A model generated the notes under the pieces. It had not been told where the DNA came from. It worked only from the letters and a program-made list of their open reading frames with translations, and made no database searches. Positions 6,963 through 15,433 of a stretch of DNA of 35,472 nucleotides are shown here, piece by piece. Numbering within the stretch: position 1 is the stretch's first letter; every line of letters starts with the position of its first letter. Position numbers and translations under genes: made by a program. Source of the DNA: a virus (taxonomy: Duplodnaviria; Caudoviricetes); IMG/VR virus record IMGVR_UViG_3300032219_000334, positions 1-35,472 of that record; one strand, written 5' to 3'.

Positions 6963-7403
6963 CTAGTTCGTTTGCAGACCGGACATAACCTCGTTGAGAA
7001 CTGATAAGTCGTCTCTTGTTTCTTCTTTTGCTCCATTTGATAACCCTATATGGCAGAAGTCTCGTAAAACCTGACCTCTTGGTGAAACTTTTGGTAAATA
7101 ATGTTTAGCTTTCATTGGCTCAAAAGGCTTAGGTTCACGAGGTTTAACGTAATCCACACCTTCGAGCTTAATACCCTCTTTGAGCTTGCCAGAAGGGCTG
7201 TAGTTGCCTTTAAACTCCTTCAGCAACCCTTCCCTTACCAGCTCGTCAAACTCGCACCTAAGGCTCGCTAAAGTGGGTGCATTCATCATTCCGTAATTCT
7301 CAACGAACTGTTCCGTATTTAACGGATAATCTTTGAGGAAATACATACAGATTCGCCACCTTTTAGTACCTTCTTTCGGCAGCTCTTGAAACACATCACT
7401 CAT
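6963..7403 (-). CDS. Hypothetical protein (possibly winged-helix)
   Basis: 146-aa ORF; LRCEFDELVREGLL..GNY resembles a wHTH wing. Confidence 0.65.
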   Translation of the reverse strand: MSDVFQELPKEGTKRWRICMYFLKDYPLNTEQFVENYGMMNAPTLASLRCEFDELVREGLLKEFKGNYSPSGKLKEGIKLEGVDYVKPREPKPFEPMKAKHYLPKVSPRGQVLRDFCHIGLSNGAKEETRDDLSVLNEVMSGLQTN

Positions 7404-7554
7404 CTTTATCCTTTATCTGACGCTTTCTCCAGAGAGATTTATGCTCTTTTATTTCTGTAGAAAATTTCTGATTCTCAGTCCATATACGGTCTTTTTCGTC
7501 AGATTTTTCAGCTTCTTCACGTTCTACTTCACGCCAATAACTAGGATCTCTCAT
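7396..7554 (-). CDS. 52-aa charged hypothetical protein (MRDPSYWREVEREEAEKS...)
   Basis: Manually translated; AGGAG RBS; overlaps the next start. Confidence 0.65.
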   Translation of the reverse strand: MRDPSYWREVEREEAEKSDEKDRIWTENQKFSTEIKEHKSLWRKRQIKDKDE

Positions 7555-7567
7555 TTTTATCTCCTAT

Positions 7568-7609
7568 CCAAAGATTGTTTGCAAAATTGCTACTGTACCA
7601 AAGATTGTT
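7568..7609. repeat. Two 12-bp direct repeats CCAAAGATTGTT, 30 bp apart
   Basis: Exact copies at 7568-7579 and 7598-7609, flanking a minus-strand TGgTACAGT extended -10. Confidence 0.8.
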
Positions 7610-7767
7610 ACAGCAAAAAATACACCCATTGCTACCGACAAATACAGCCAAATTAGTATTTTATTAATCATTGTCACCTCCAATGAAGCTATAGATTGAC
7701 ACACTTTTGATGTTTCTGCTTATAAATTATTCCTATTGATTTCTATGTTTCTATTAATAAATAGTTG

Positions 7768-7800
7768 TTGACCATGTTTACAGATGGAACTACTATCTGT
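7768..7800 (+). promoter_or_regulatory. Early sigma70 promoter with an overlapping palindromic operator
   Basis: TTGACC-17bp-TACTAT (7768-7796); inverted repeat ACAGAT-N9-ATCTGT (7780-7800). Confidence 0.7.
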
Positions 7801-7829
7801 TTCACCAACTAACCAGGAAAGGGAACCAA

Positions 7830-8063
7830 ATGGATTTAACAGAATACAAGAAAATGCCTGATCTGCCAAATCTAGATATAGACTTTCTTAACGACTTGGA
7901 CGATACGCTACTAGGCAGACCAGCAGAAGATTACGAGTCTGAAGAAAATATGCAAATAGAACGTGATCGTATTGATAACGACATGGATCTGTGGGATTCT
8001 GAAAGAATTGCTGAATTCGAGAGAGCTATGGATTACAAATCTAAATGCGGGGTGTGGCCATGA
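7830..8063 (+). CDS. Acidic hypothetical early protein
   Basis: First ORF after the promoter; purine-rich RBS; D/E-rich. Confidence 0.75.
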   Translation: MDLTEYKKMPDLPNLDIDFLNDLDDTLLGRPAEDYESEENMQIERDRIDNDMDLWDSERIAEFERAMDYKSKCGVWP

Positions 8064-8239
8064 TAGATAAATGGGCTATGGCTGAAATGACTTATGTTCT
8101 ACGCTTGATGGTAGATAAGTTTGAGCGCAGGGAATTGTCAGCAGACGAACAAAACGTGTTATTGATGGCTTATCAGGCTTTAAGAATACCAAGTCGTGAA
8201 GTTCACGAGATGGCTAATATGATGGAGGACATGGAATGA
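8060..8239 (+). CDS. Hypothetical early protein
   Basis: ATGA-coupled start at 8060. Confidence 0.7.
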   Translation: MIDKWAMAEMTYVLRLMVDKFERRELSADEQNVLLMAYQALRIPSREVHEMANMMEDME

Positions 8240-8316
8240 TTAAATGGCTCGATGAGCATCAGTTGGTTATAATCGCAGTCTTGTTTTTTTTATGGGTAGT
8301 ATGTTCAAGTTTTTAA
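8236..8316 (+). CDS. 26-aa single-pass membrane peptide MIKWLDEHQLVIIAVLFFLWVVCSSF
   Basis: Manually translated; GGAGGA RBS; ATGA overlap; hydrophobic stretch. Confidence 0.65.
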   Translation: MIKWLDEHQLVIIAVLFFLWVVCSSF

Positions 8317-8332
8317 TTCAGGAGATAAATAA

Positions 8333-8980
8333 ATGGAAGATTTTAAAGTTTACGCTAAGTTACAAAAATGTCGTGTAGAGTTGCAGAACATGGAGTTGAA
8401 GAAGTCAGGACATAATAAGTTTCAAGGTTACAAATATTTTGAGCTGCGTGATTTTTTGCCAGCTATTAACACGCTATTTGACGTATACGGTCTTTGCTAC
8501 TCATTACAGTTTGACCGAGATATGGCAAATATGTTTGTGGTAGATGTAGATACAGGTAGCTCAATTAAGTTCTGCTGCCCTATGGAGCCAGCAGTATTAA
8601 AAGGTTGTCAGCCAGTCCAAAATCTAGGTGGTAGCTTGACCTATATTTCTCGTTACCTTTTGGTTATGGCCTTAGCTGTCAGCGAGTCTGATATTGTAGA
8701 TGCCTCTGAGCCTTTAAAAGATAAAAAGACTATATCTGCTACTGATGGTGCTAGAGAAGCCTTAGATGCTCGTTTAGGCAGCTTGGTAGATAAGTTAGCT
8801 GCACACATACAAGCTCAGTTTGACGCTGGTAATGAGTGGGCTGCTTTCGAGGCTTGGGATTTACGAGATCAAAAAACCTTTGATGAAACAGCAACAACAG
8901 CAGTATGGTCGCAGTTAAGCAGCAAATGTAAGTCAACACTTAAATTAATGGCTAAAGAAGCTAATGGAGAATCTAAATAA
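8333..8980 (+). CDS. erf: ERF-family single-strand annealing protein
   Basis: KSGHNKFQGYKYFELxD...QNLGGSLTYISRY motif. Confidence 0.85.
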   Translation: MEDFKVYAKLQKCRVELQNMELKKSGHNKFQGYKYFELRDFLPAINTLFDVYGLCYSLQFDRDMANMFVVDVDTGSSIKFCCPMEPAVLKGCQPVQNLGGSLTYISRYLLVMALAVSESDIVDASEPLKDKKTISATDGAREALDARLGSLVDKLAAHIQAQFDAGNEWAAFEAWDLRDQKTFDETATTAVWSQLSSKCKSTLKLMAKEANGESK

Positions 8981-9231
8981 TGGAAACTAAATATGAGGCA
9001 AGACCAGGCACTTTCTCACTTTTCAAGAATCAGGAGAAAAAAACAGATAAGCATCCCGATTACAAAGGTGACGGTAAAGACTTAGACGGTAACGAAATAT
9101 GGGTTAGTGCTTGGCTTAAAGACAGTAAAGTCGGTAAGTTTATGAGCTGCTCGTTTAAACTAAAAGATGAACAAGCAAAGCCAAAAGTAGAGAAGTTTAT
9201 TGATGACGATTTATCGGACGTACCCTTTTAA
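8980..9231 (+). CDS. Small ssDNA-binding protein (DUF736-like) with an SSB-type acidic tail
   Basis: LFKN..K...PDYKG...VSAW; C-terminal DDDLSDVPF; follows erf. Confidence 0.75.
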   Translation: METKYEARPGTFSLFKNQEKKTDKHPDYKGDGKDLDGNEIWVSAWLKDSKVGKFMSCSFKLKDEQAKPKVEKFIDDDLSDVPF

Positions 9232-9242
9232 TATTTAGTCCA

Positions 9243-9317
9243 GCTAGAGGTGACTTATAACGCTAGCAGCAGGGGCTACTCGTCTCCTTCGGACATCACT
9301 CTTGGTAGTGACCCTGC
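9243..9317 (+). ncRNA. Putative structured RNA element upstream of the HTH gene
   Basis: Stems GCTAG/CTAGC, GCAGGG/CCCTGC, GCTAC/GTAGT and GTC/GAC around a UCCUUCG loop. Confidence 0.5.
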
Positions 9318-9335
9318 ACTTACACAAGGAAAACA

Positions 9336-9527
9336 ATGAAACTGTTAGATTATTTACAAAAGACTTATGACGTTAAGAATGACCGCCAACTTGCAATAAA
9401 ACTAGGATTTAGTACACCAACTCTGTCAAAAATTAGAACAGGAAAGTATCCAGTTAGCGCAGATATGATTATCGCCATCCACGAGACATTCAATATGTCG
9501 ATTAAAGATATAAAGGCTTTACTATGA
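9336..9527 (+). CDS. Cro/C1-type HTH regulator
   Basis: NDRQLAIKLGFSTPTLSKIRTGK HTH; AAGGA RBS. Confidence 0.85.
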   Translation: MKLLDYLQKTYDVKNDRQLAIKLGFSTPTLSKIRTGKYPVSADMIIAIHETFNMSIKDIKALL

Positions 9528-9727
9528 GAATATGGTTTTTGCTAGGAGTTAGCTTGATGCTGCTAGGCATTACGTTAGCGATACAGGATCAATTAGAGCA
9601 TGAGTACGAACGTGGATTTCAGGACGGACTACATTCTTTAAGCTCAAAGAAAGTCGATAATATTTGTATGCAGTGGTGGTTTCAGTCTGATCTGGAAGCA
9701 GCTAAAAAGAGAGCTTGTGGTAAGTAA
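9524..9727 (+). CDS. Hypothetical protein with an N-terminal TM/signal segment
   Basis: Hydrophobic N-terminus; YERGFQDG and CMQWWF motifs. Confidence 0.7.
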   Translation: MRIWFLLGVSLMLLGITLAIQDQLEHEYERGFQDGLHSLSSKKVDNICMQWWFQSDLEAAKKRACGK

Positions 9728-10690
9728 TTAAACCTTAATCACTTGCCCTCTAAAAAACGCAAGTCCTTCTTCTTCATCAATAACTTCACACAATTCTGGC
9801 GGCATTAGCTTGCCATTATGGTAAGTAAGGACTGCAAAACCTGATCTATGGTTGCGAGTCGAGTCTTCTGTATATAAAAACTGCTGTCCCCATACATTAG
9901 CTAACGAACCGCAATCGATGCCGTACCGAGTGCCTGTTAAATCAGTCCAGGGCGTAACCTTTAATGAGTGCAAATGACCATTGCAAACTGACATCCCCGA
10001 TTTCAGGGTTCCGTTATATGCTGCGTGAATTCCATTGTAATTACGGTGTTTTATTTGACAGTTGTTGTTGACCATTATTGACGTTGAGAATTTCCAACGA
10101 GGGAAGTGATCTGGTAAATTAAACCCCATCACATCCTTGTAAGTATCGCCAACTTGGTTAGAGATTCTGGCAGAGAAACGAATGTCGTGATTTCCCCAAG
10201 TCCACATTAGTTTTGCGTTACCAGCTACCGCCTCAATCTCTGCTAATCTATCTTGGCAAGCATCTAGTTCTTGTTTTACTGTTGGACGTACTTCATAGCC
10301 GTTTGATGGGTGTCTGCTAATACTAGCACCATCAAAAACATCTCCCGCCATCACGATTATCTGTGGGGATAACATACCTACCACGTGGACAAATGCTCTG
10401 TGAGCTGTGGCTATATCGTCAGGCCAATAGTGACAATCAGACCCTACTATGATGCAACCATCTTGCATATCTACTAAAGCCCTAACGCCATTTGCAGGTA
10501 GCGTTATATTGAAGTCTGGACTTCTGATATCGCAAGACTTTAATACTATTCCTAATCTATTCTCAATGCTTCTACGCTTTGAGTTTGCTGTTCTTACGTG
10601 GCATCCCAATATTTTAGATACCTCAGCTATAGATGGATTTTTATTCCATAACGCTATAAATTCTTGGTCTGAACATATTTTGGCGGGCAT
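9728..10690 (-). CDS. Calcineurin-like metallophosphoesterase with an N-terminal HTH-like segment
   Basis: SDCH, GDVFD, GNHD, H and GHLH motifs. Confidence 0.85.
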   Translation of the reverse strand: MPAKICSDQEFIALWNKNPSIAEVSKILGCHVRTANSKRRSIENRLGIVLKSCDIRSPDFNITLPANGVRALVDMQDGCIIVGSDCHYWPDDIATAHRAFVHVVGMLSPQIIVMAGDVFDGASISRHPSNGYEVRPTVKQELDACQDRLAEIEAVAGNAKLMWTWGNHDIRFSARISNQVGDTYKDVMGFNLPDHFPRWKFSTSIMVNNNCQIKHRNYNGIHAAYNGTLKSGMSVCNGHLHSLKVTPWTDLTGTRYGIDCGSLANVWGQQFLYTEDSTRNHRSGFAVLTYHNGKLMPPELCEVIDEEEGLAFFRGQVIKV

Positions 10691-10905
10691 TAGTTTACTC
10701 TCCGTTGATATTCACCACACCATTCATCGGATGCGGTTAGTGCAAAAGAAAAAGAAACACCGCCATCAGTCTCTGGCAGTAAAGTAGGAGGGAGTCGGTG
10801 ACATTCGCCTAAGTCGCCTTCTTTATCTGCTATAAAGAAAACGCACGTTCGGCAAGCGGGCATACAATCGTCAGGAATCTTAGAGGCATTTCCTTTTTTC
10901 GACAT
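10690..10905 (-). CDS. Small Cys-rich metal-binding protein
   Basis: CRTC...ECHRLPP...WCGEY. Confidence 0.7.
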   Translation of the reverse strand: MSKKGNASKIPDDCMPACRTCVFFIADKEGDLGECHRLPPTLLPETDGGVSFSFALTASDEWCGEYQRRVN

Positions 10906-11086
10906 CTTGCAAAGCCTTTTCTAGTTCTTCAATACGATATTGTTGGTACTGAATAACTCTGTTTAATTCGCTAAAAAGACCACGAGTGTTATCTACTTCT
11001 TCCTTAGATAACAACAGATTGCCATTATTATCTAAAGTTGCTGCTGATGCAACACTAAACATTAAAAATATAGCAATCCATTTCAT
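10880..11086 (-). CDS. Secreted/anchored coiled-coil protein (possible spanin-like lysis accessory)
   Basis: N-terminal signal/TM plus heptads; directly after the lysozyme. Confidence 0.55.
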   Translation of the reverse strand: MKWIAIFLMFSVASAATLDNNGNLLLSKEEVDNTRGLFSELNRVIQYQQYRIEELEKALQDVEKRKCL

Positions 11087-11088
11087 AT

Positions 11089-11586
11089 TTAACTCCTATA
11101 AGTATCACGCTCATGTGTCCTACGTCTTACAAGACCTTTGAACTCTTTACCTGCTGCGAACCGATAGAGCATGAAAGCATCTGACGCACCATCAAAGTCA
11201 CCTCGATTGTGTCTCATGCGAATACTGGACTTCTGTAACGCTCCTAGCCCTGCGTTAAAAGCAAAGCTAACCAAAGCGTCAAACCGCCCTTGAGTAAGAT
11301 TATTAGGGCAAAGACGTAGTACGCCTCGCTCAAAACGTGATAGATCGTCCTGCAATATTTGATCCACTTCGGCATCTGTAAGAGTCCTCATCCATTCAAT
11401 AGGGCATGGCAATTGACCTGCTGCCTTTGCTGCTTTACGTTGGTCTAGCGTCATCTTCTGCTGCTCAATAGGCGCAATTAAATGTCCGACACCAGTAGTC
11501 CAAAGTAAAACAACATCGAGGTAAGCCTTTTTCCGTACACCTTCATGGTGAGCCATTACCTCTCTGGCTTTTGGTGACATTTTCAT
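11089..11586 (-). CDS. Endolysin, GH24 phage lysozyme
   Basis: E-x8-D-x5-T triad (HEG...YLD...WTTGVGH), FDALVSFAFNAG, GLVRRR..E. Confidence 0.92.
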   Translation of the reverse strand: MKMSPKAREVMAHHEGVRKKAYLDVVLLWTTGVGHLIAPIEQQKMTLDQRKAAKAAGQLPCPIEWMRTLTDAEVDQILQDDLSRFERGVLRLCPNNLTQGRFDALVSFAFNAGLGALQKSSIRMRHNRGDFDGASDAFMLYRFAAGKEFKGLVRRRTHERDTYRS

Positions 11587-12068
11587 TTTTTGCTAAATGC
11601 CTGTGTACCGAACCAAAATGCAACTACGCTAGACCAAATGATCTGAGTCTCGTCATCCCATAGGATATTCATTGCTGCGTCAAACGCTACACCAGTCTTA
11701 ATAGCATAATAGAAGCCGAAGATGTCAACGAATACGAGCAGACCAAACAAACCAAAAGTAATAGCAGGACGCACAACAGCTCTCATATTAATTACCCACT
11801 GAGAAGCACCTTGACCAATAGCTATATCGTGAGCGTACAAAGCCTGACGTTCTTGCACATTAGCTTCAATCTGTAAATGCTGTGTATGGATTTCTTCAAT
11901 GCGTTCCTGAGCCTGAAATCCTGCTGCTTGCGCTCTAAATTGCTGATCTAACTGCATCTGAGCTAACTGTAGTTCGTGTTTCTTATCCTGTCTATCCTGA
12001 AAAAAATCTAATAGTTTAGGTAAACCACCAGTTAAAAACGAAATTATCGTAGAAAATAAAGTAATCAT
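11583..12068 (-). CDS. Holin-like membrane protein (3TM/GTA-holin type)
   Basis: VRPAITF TM segment and AFWFG C-terminal motif; immediately upstream of the lysozyme. Confidence 0.7.
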   Translation of the reverse strand: MITLFSTIISFLTGGLPKLLDFFQDRQDKKHELQLAQMQLDQQFRAQAAGFQAQERIEEIHTQHLQIEANVQERQALYAHDIAIGQGASQWVINMRAVVRPAITFGLFGLLVFVDIFGFYYAIKTGVAFDAAMNILWDDETQIIWSSVVAFWFGTQAFSKK

Positions 12069-12589
12069 TAGTCTCTCCAATTAAACATACTATAAATAAA
12101 ATACAAGATAGCCGTAGCACACGCAGTACCCACGACACAAGCAATAATGTTTTGAATTAACTGAATCCTCTCAGCCTTACGTCTAGCGATCTCACGTAAT
12201 CTAACTCTAGCTATACGAGCTTCTTCCTCAGCTTCTTCTTTAGCAGCAGCGACAATAGCGTCCCTACGAGCGCACATCTCCTCGTATAGACCAGTTTCCT
12301 CAGAATTATTGTAGATAAGTAGCTCACGTAGCTCAACTTCTAGTCTGTACAGCTTACGTGATGCAAAGGTAGCGTCTAATGCTTGTTTGGTTGCTTGCGA
12401 TAGCGTTATATTAGGATTCTTCTTAGCTACCGTATCAACAACAGCAACAGACTTAATTTCGGCTTGTTTCTCAAAAAACGTAGAAATATCGTGATAACAC
12501 TCTTGTATATCTTTACCTAATGCGATGGCTCTCTTGACCCCAGCAACAGCAGCCTCCGCAGCAGCAAAGGCGACTGCTACTTCGATCAT
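12068..12589 (-). CDS. Coiled-coil protein with a C-terminal TM anchor
   Basis: Helical, with a hydrophobic C-terminus. Confidence 0.7.
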   Translation of the reverse strand: MIEVAVAFAAAEAAVAGVKRAIALGKDIQECYHDISTFFEKQAEIKSVAVVDTVAKKNPNITLSQATKQALDATFASRKLYRLEVELRELLIYNNSEETGLYEEMCARRDAIVAAAKEEAEEEARIARVRLREIARRKAERIQLIQNIIACVVGTACATAILYFIYSMFNWRD

Positions 12590-12771
12590 TTTGGTAATTG
12601 TCCATTAGAGCCTAACCACATTAATAAGAATAAAGCACCAGCACCAACTATCCAGAATATTTTCTTAACTACCGATTTACCGACTTCTTCGTAAATCTTC
12701 TTAAATGCCACCTCAGCAGCACGTTCTGCAATAGCTTCTATTTGATCGTCAGATAGTTTGATGTCAGACAT
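12586..12771 (-). CDS. Small membrane protein
   Basis: IAERAAE...VGKSVVKKIFWIVG plus TM. Confidence 0.7.
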   Translation of the reverse strand: MSDIKLSDDQIEAIAERAAEVAFKKIYEEVGKSVVKKIFWIVGAGALFLLMWLGSNGQLPK

Positions 12772-13057
12772 TATTCTCTACCCATAAACAAGTTTCATCA
12801 TCTAACGCATAATCTCCTTCTGGCTTAGGAGGAATAAAAGCGTCACGTTCTGCATCGTATGTATAACCAATACCTGCATAATTTTTTCTAAATGGCTCAC
12901 CGCCAGTTTTATGTTTGCCGCCATAAGTATTGTAACTTGTGCGTTTGCAAACTTGACCGACTTCCTGCGAATAAAATTGCTCCCATTCATCACCGTCATT
13001 TCCGGCAATTACTTGAGTAACAATATTATTAGAATCTAAAAATGCGTAATGTGCCAT
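12764..13057 (-). CDS. Tail-fibre-associated small protein (putative chaperone)
   Basis: MAHYA...RKNYAGIGYTYD..RDAFIPPKP; follows the Gly-rich fibre gene. Confidence 0.65.
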   Translation of the reverse strand: MAHYAFLDSNNIVTQVIAGNDGDEWEQFYSQEVGQVCKRTSYNTYGGKHKTGGEPFRKNYAGIGYTYDAERDAFIPPKPEGDYALDDETCLWVENNV

Positions 13058-13061
13058 TTAA

Positions 13062-13943
13062 TTACCAAGAAATTGAGCCTGTACCTGCGGTAAATGTATA
13101 GTTTTTATAGCCTGGTCTTGTCGTTGTATCTGGCACAGTATTTCCTGCGCTACCGTTACAAGTTAAACCAGCATCTACACTAGTTAAATTTTTAAAGGAA
13201 TCAGGATAAGAAATAACAACAATTCCAGAACCACCAGAACCAACAGTGCCAACATTTGTACCTGCGCCACCACCACCTGAACCAGTATTTGCACCAGCAG
13301 ATGTTGCGTTTGCATTACCTATTGATCCATTACCGCCAATTCCAGAACCGCCTGTACCTGCGGTAACTGTGGCAGGAAGCGCACCTGTAAAAATACCGCC
13401 TCCACCTCCACCTGCGTAAGTGCCGCCATTAATTGCGTAAAAAGCGCCAATTCCACCGTTACCACCCGCTGCGGAAGTGCCGGTCGCACCAACGCCACCA
13501 ACACCGCCTCCGCCCCCGCCTCCGTATCGAGCCACGTTACCAGCATTTGAACCGCCATTATTACCTTGTGATGGGCTTGTGCTTGGCGTATTACCATTAC
13601 CACCTGCATCTAAACCACCACGAACCGATCCACCGCCACCGCTACCCCCTGCCGATCCTGCACTAGTGCCTGACGCAGCACCACCTTTGCCTCCACCTGT
13701 GGAAGTAATCGTAGAAAATACAGAATCATTACCGTTTGCATTTGCAGCACCACCAGCACCAATTGTGACAGTGTAAGAAGTTCCAGCAGTAACGCTAAAA
13801 GATGATGCGTTAAATCTAGCACCCCCAGCTCCGCCCCCGCCTCCCTGAGTTCCACCGCCTGCCCCACCCGCCACAACCAAATAATCAATATTTGTTGGAG
13901 CGTTTATGCTGCCAGCCGCCAACAGCATCATTATTCCACTCAC
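13062..13943 (-). CDS. Glycine-rich fibre/receptor-binding domain protein
   Basis: YLVVAGGAGGG...YTVTIGAGG...GGSGIVVISY Gly-rich domain. Confidence 0.8.
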   Translation of the reverse strand: MSGIMMLLAAGSINAPTNIDYLVVAGGAGGGTQGGGGGAGGARFNASSFSVTAGTSYTVTIGAGGAANANGNDSVFSTITSTGGGKGGAASGTSAGSAGGSGGGGSVRGGLDAGGNGNTPSTSPSQGNNGGSNAGNVARYGGGGGGGVGGVGATGTSAAGGNGGIGAFYAINGGTYAGGGGGGIFTGALPATVTAGTGGSGIGGNGSIGNANATSAGANTGSGGGGAGTNVGTVGSGGSGIVVISYPDSFKNLTSVDAGLTCNGSAGNTVPDTTTRPGYKNYTFTAGTGSISW

Positions 13944-14299
13944 GAAACGTTCCCATTAATAACGCAGACAGTACCGCTAATAAATAAGATCGTTGCAATA
14001 CCTCTAGTTGCTAATGTAACTGTGGCTTTATCAGTATTTGTTCCACCAATATAAGCAGTCGTAATTGTGCAAGTGATCGTAATGTTGCCTGTGGTATTGT
14101 TAAAAATAGATATTACGTCACCAGTAGCAAAAGTAGCGTCTGGAATCGTTATACTTCCACCACTACCAACGCCAATAAATCTACCAATATCTGTCGTAAC
14201 TAATGTGTAAGACGTAGTTTTATCACTACCTGACTGCGGAATATCCCTCACGTTTCCGTAAGAGTCAGTAATATTTGTGCCGTCAACAATTGAAGTCAT
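13940..14299 (-). CDS. Tail fibre module
   Basis: TTSYTLVTTDIG...ITIP...F.TGD...GNVS beta-rich pattern. Confidence 0.65.
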   Translation of the reverse strand: MTSIVDGTNITDSYGNVRDIPQSGSDKTTSYTLVTTDIGRFIGVGSGGSITIPDATFATGDVISIFNNTTGNITITCTITTAYIGGTNTDKATVTLATRGIATILFISGTVCVINGNVS

Positions 14300-14568
14300 T
14301 ATGCTTTAGGGTATTTATCTTTAACTGCTTGGCAAGCAGCAATATAAGCATCTATTTGCGCTTGATCGCCTTTTACTACACCATCTAAATATTCACGAAA
14401 ATCTGGATACTCAGCAGCACGTTGCTCAGAATACGTTGACTGATAAACAGGACGTAAAGCCTCTGCTTCTGCCTCAGTTATTTCTACGCAGCCTTCTGGC
14501 AAATAATGTGCAAATGACGCATCGTCAATAAAATGCAATCCGTTATTTAAGTCTTTGTAATGTGGCAT
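14299..14568 (-). CDS. Tail fibre assembly-like small protein
   Basis: Y.EQRAAEYP...LD...VKDKYPK motif. Confidence 0.65.
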   Translation of the reverse strand: MPHYKDLNNGLHFIDDASFAHYLPEGCVEITEAEAEALRPVYQSTYSEQRAAEYPDFREYLDGVVKGDQAQIDAYIAACQAVKDKYPKA

Positions 14569-14577
14569 TTTTAATCC

Positions 14578-15423
14578 TTAACGAAGTTCAACAACAATTG
14601 AAGCTGTTGTATAAGTAGCAGAATAAGCCGCCCCAGCAGGAATAATTGCAGACGCAGCAATAATAGTTGCTGTGTTAGTTGTTTGTTGTGTAATTACAGC
14701 AGTTCCAGCAACAGTAATTGATATAGATTGTGCTGCTCCAGAAGCAGAAACAATAAGCTGAATTGGTTTTCCAGTAGTGTTATAGTAAGTTGTGCCAGAA
14801 GTTCTAGTAACTGACTGCCAAGTTTGACCATATCCCAACGAACCCATATCAGCTAAAGCCTGACCACCCATACCTTGAATAGTTGATGGTGCAGTTGCCC
14901 ATGTACCAGCAGTAGCTTGCGTAGATTGAATAAATCCAACTACACGATAAGGAACAGATGTTCTTGCTGTGGTTGAGTAAATTACGTTTGCACTATCCGC
15001 TGCACCCGCACCACCTTCAGCAGTTGTAGATATTAAATTTGTTTCATCAAGTTGATTGCCACCAGCAATATTCACAGCAGCCAATTCAATAGTTCCAGCA
15101 TTATCAATAGCCAACACTACAATCCTAGATTGCTGCGCTGAAACTGTGCCTAATGTAGAACCAGAAGAAATTGTTAAAGAAAGCGCAGTAGATATTTGAC
15201 GAGTATTAACCGTTCCGCTACCTAATGTTGCGCTACGAAAATCTAATGACGTTGGATTAAGAGTAATCGTTAATGCATTAGCAGCAACAGACGCAGTAAT
15301 TGGCTGAATGTTGGAAGTGAATTCACCAGTACAGATTAAGTTGGTATCAATCTTGATAGCATCCGAGCCACCGACTTGAATTGCGGCTGATCCGTCTGAG
15401 TTTGCTTTTAGCCCTGTGGACAT
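14578..15423 (-). CDS. Tail fibre protein
   Basis: T/A/G/S-rich; C-terminal GYGQTWQ.V.R..GTTYYNTTGKPI...VELR tip domain. Confidence 0.8.
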   Translation of the reverse strand: MSTGLKANSDGSAAIQVGGSDAIKIDTNLICTGEFTSNIQPITASVAANALTITLNPTSLDFRSATLGSGTVNTRQISTALSLTISSGSTLGTVSAQQSRIVVLAIDNAGTIELAAVNIAGGNQLDETNLISTTAEGGAGAADSANVIYSTTARTSVPYRVVGFIQSTQATAGTWATAPSTIQGMGGQALADMGSLGYGQTWQSVTRTSGTTYYNTTGKPIQLIVSASGAAQSISITVAGTAVITQQTTNTATIIAASAIIPAGAAYSATYTTASIVVELR

Positions 15424-15433
15424 TTGTTACCTC

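Noticed and set aside
7568-7609. Possible mini-CRISPR (two repeats)
   Set aside because: 12-bp repeats with an 18-bp gap are too short, there are only two copies, and there are no cas genes.
7441-7656. Plus-strand ORF with a repeated KDC motif
   Set aside because: The repeat comes from the CCAAAGATTGTT DNA repeats; it is antisense to a better-supported ORF and lacks an RBS.
7696-7726. TTGACA followed by TATAAA
   Set aside because: The spacer is 19 bp; the 7768 promoter fits better.
9243-9317. HDV-like ribozyme or tRNA interpretation
   Set aside because: The GUC-UCCUUCG-GAC loop resembles P3/L3, but the P1.1/P4/J4-2/P2 order does not fit, and there are no tRNA D or T arms.
10690-11086. Rz/Rz1 spanin pair
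   Set aside because: The downstream ORF lacks a signal peptide and lipobox, so it is not an o-spanin.
13319-13888. Several overlapping ORFs including a Pro-rich one
   Set aside because: Alternative-frame artefacts of Gly-codon-rich DNA.
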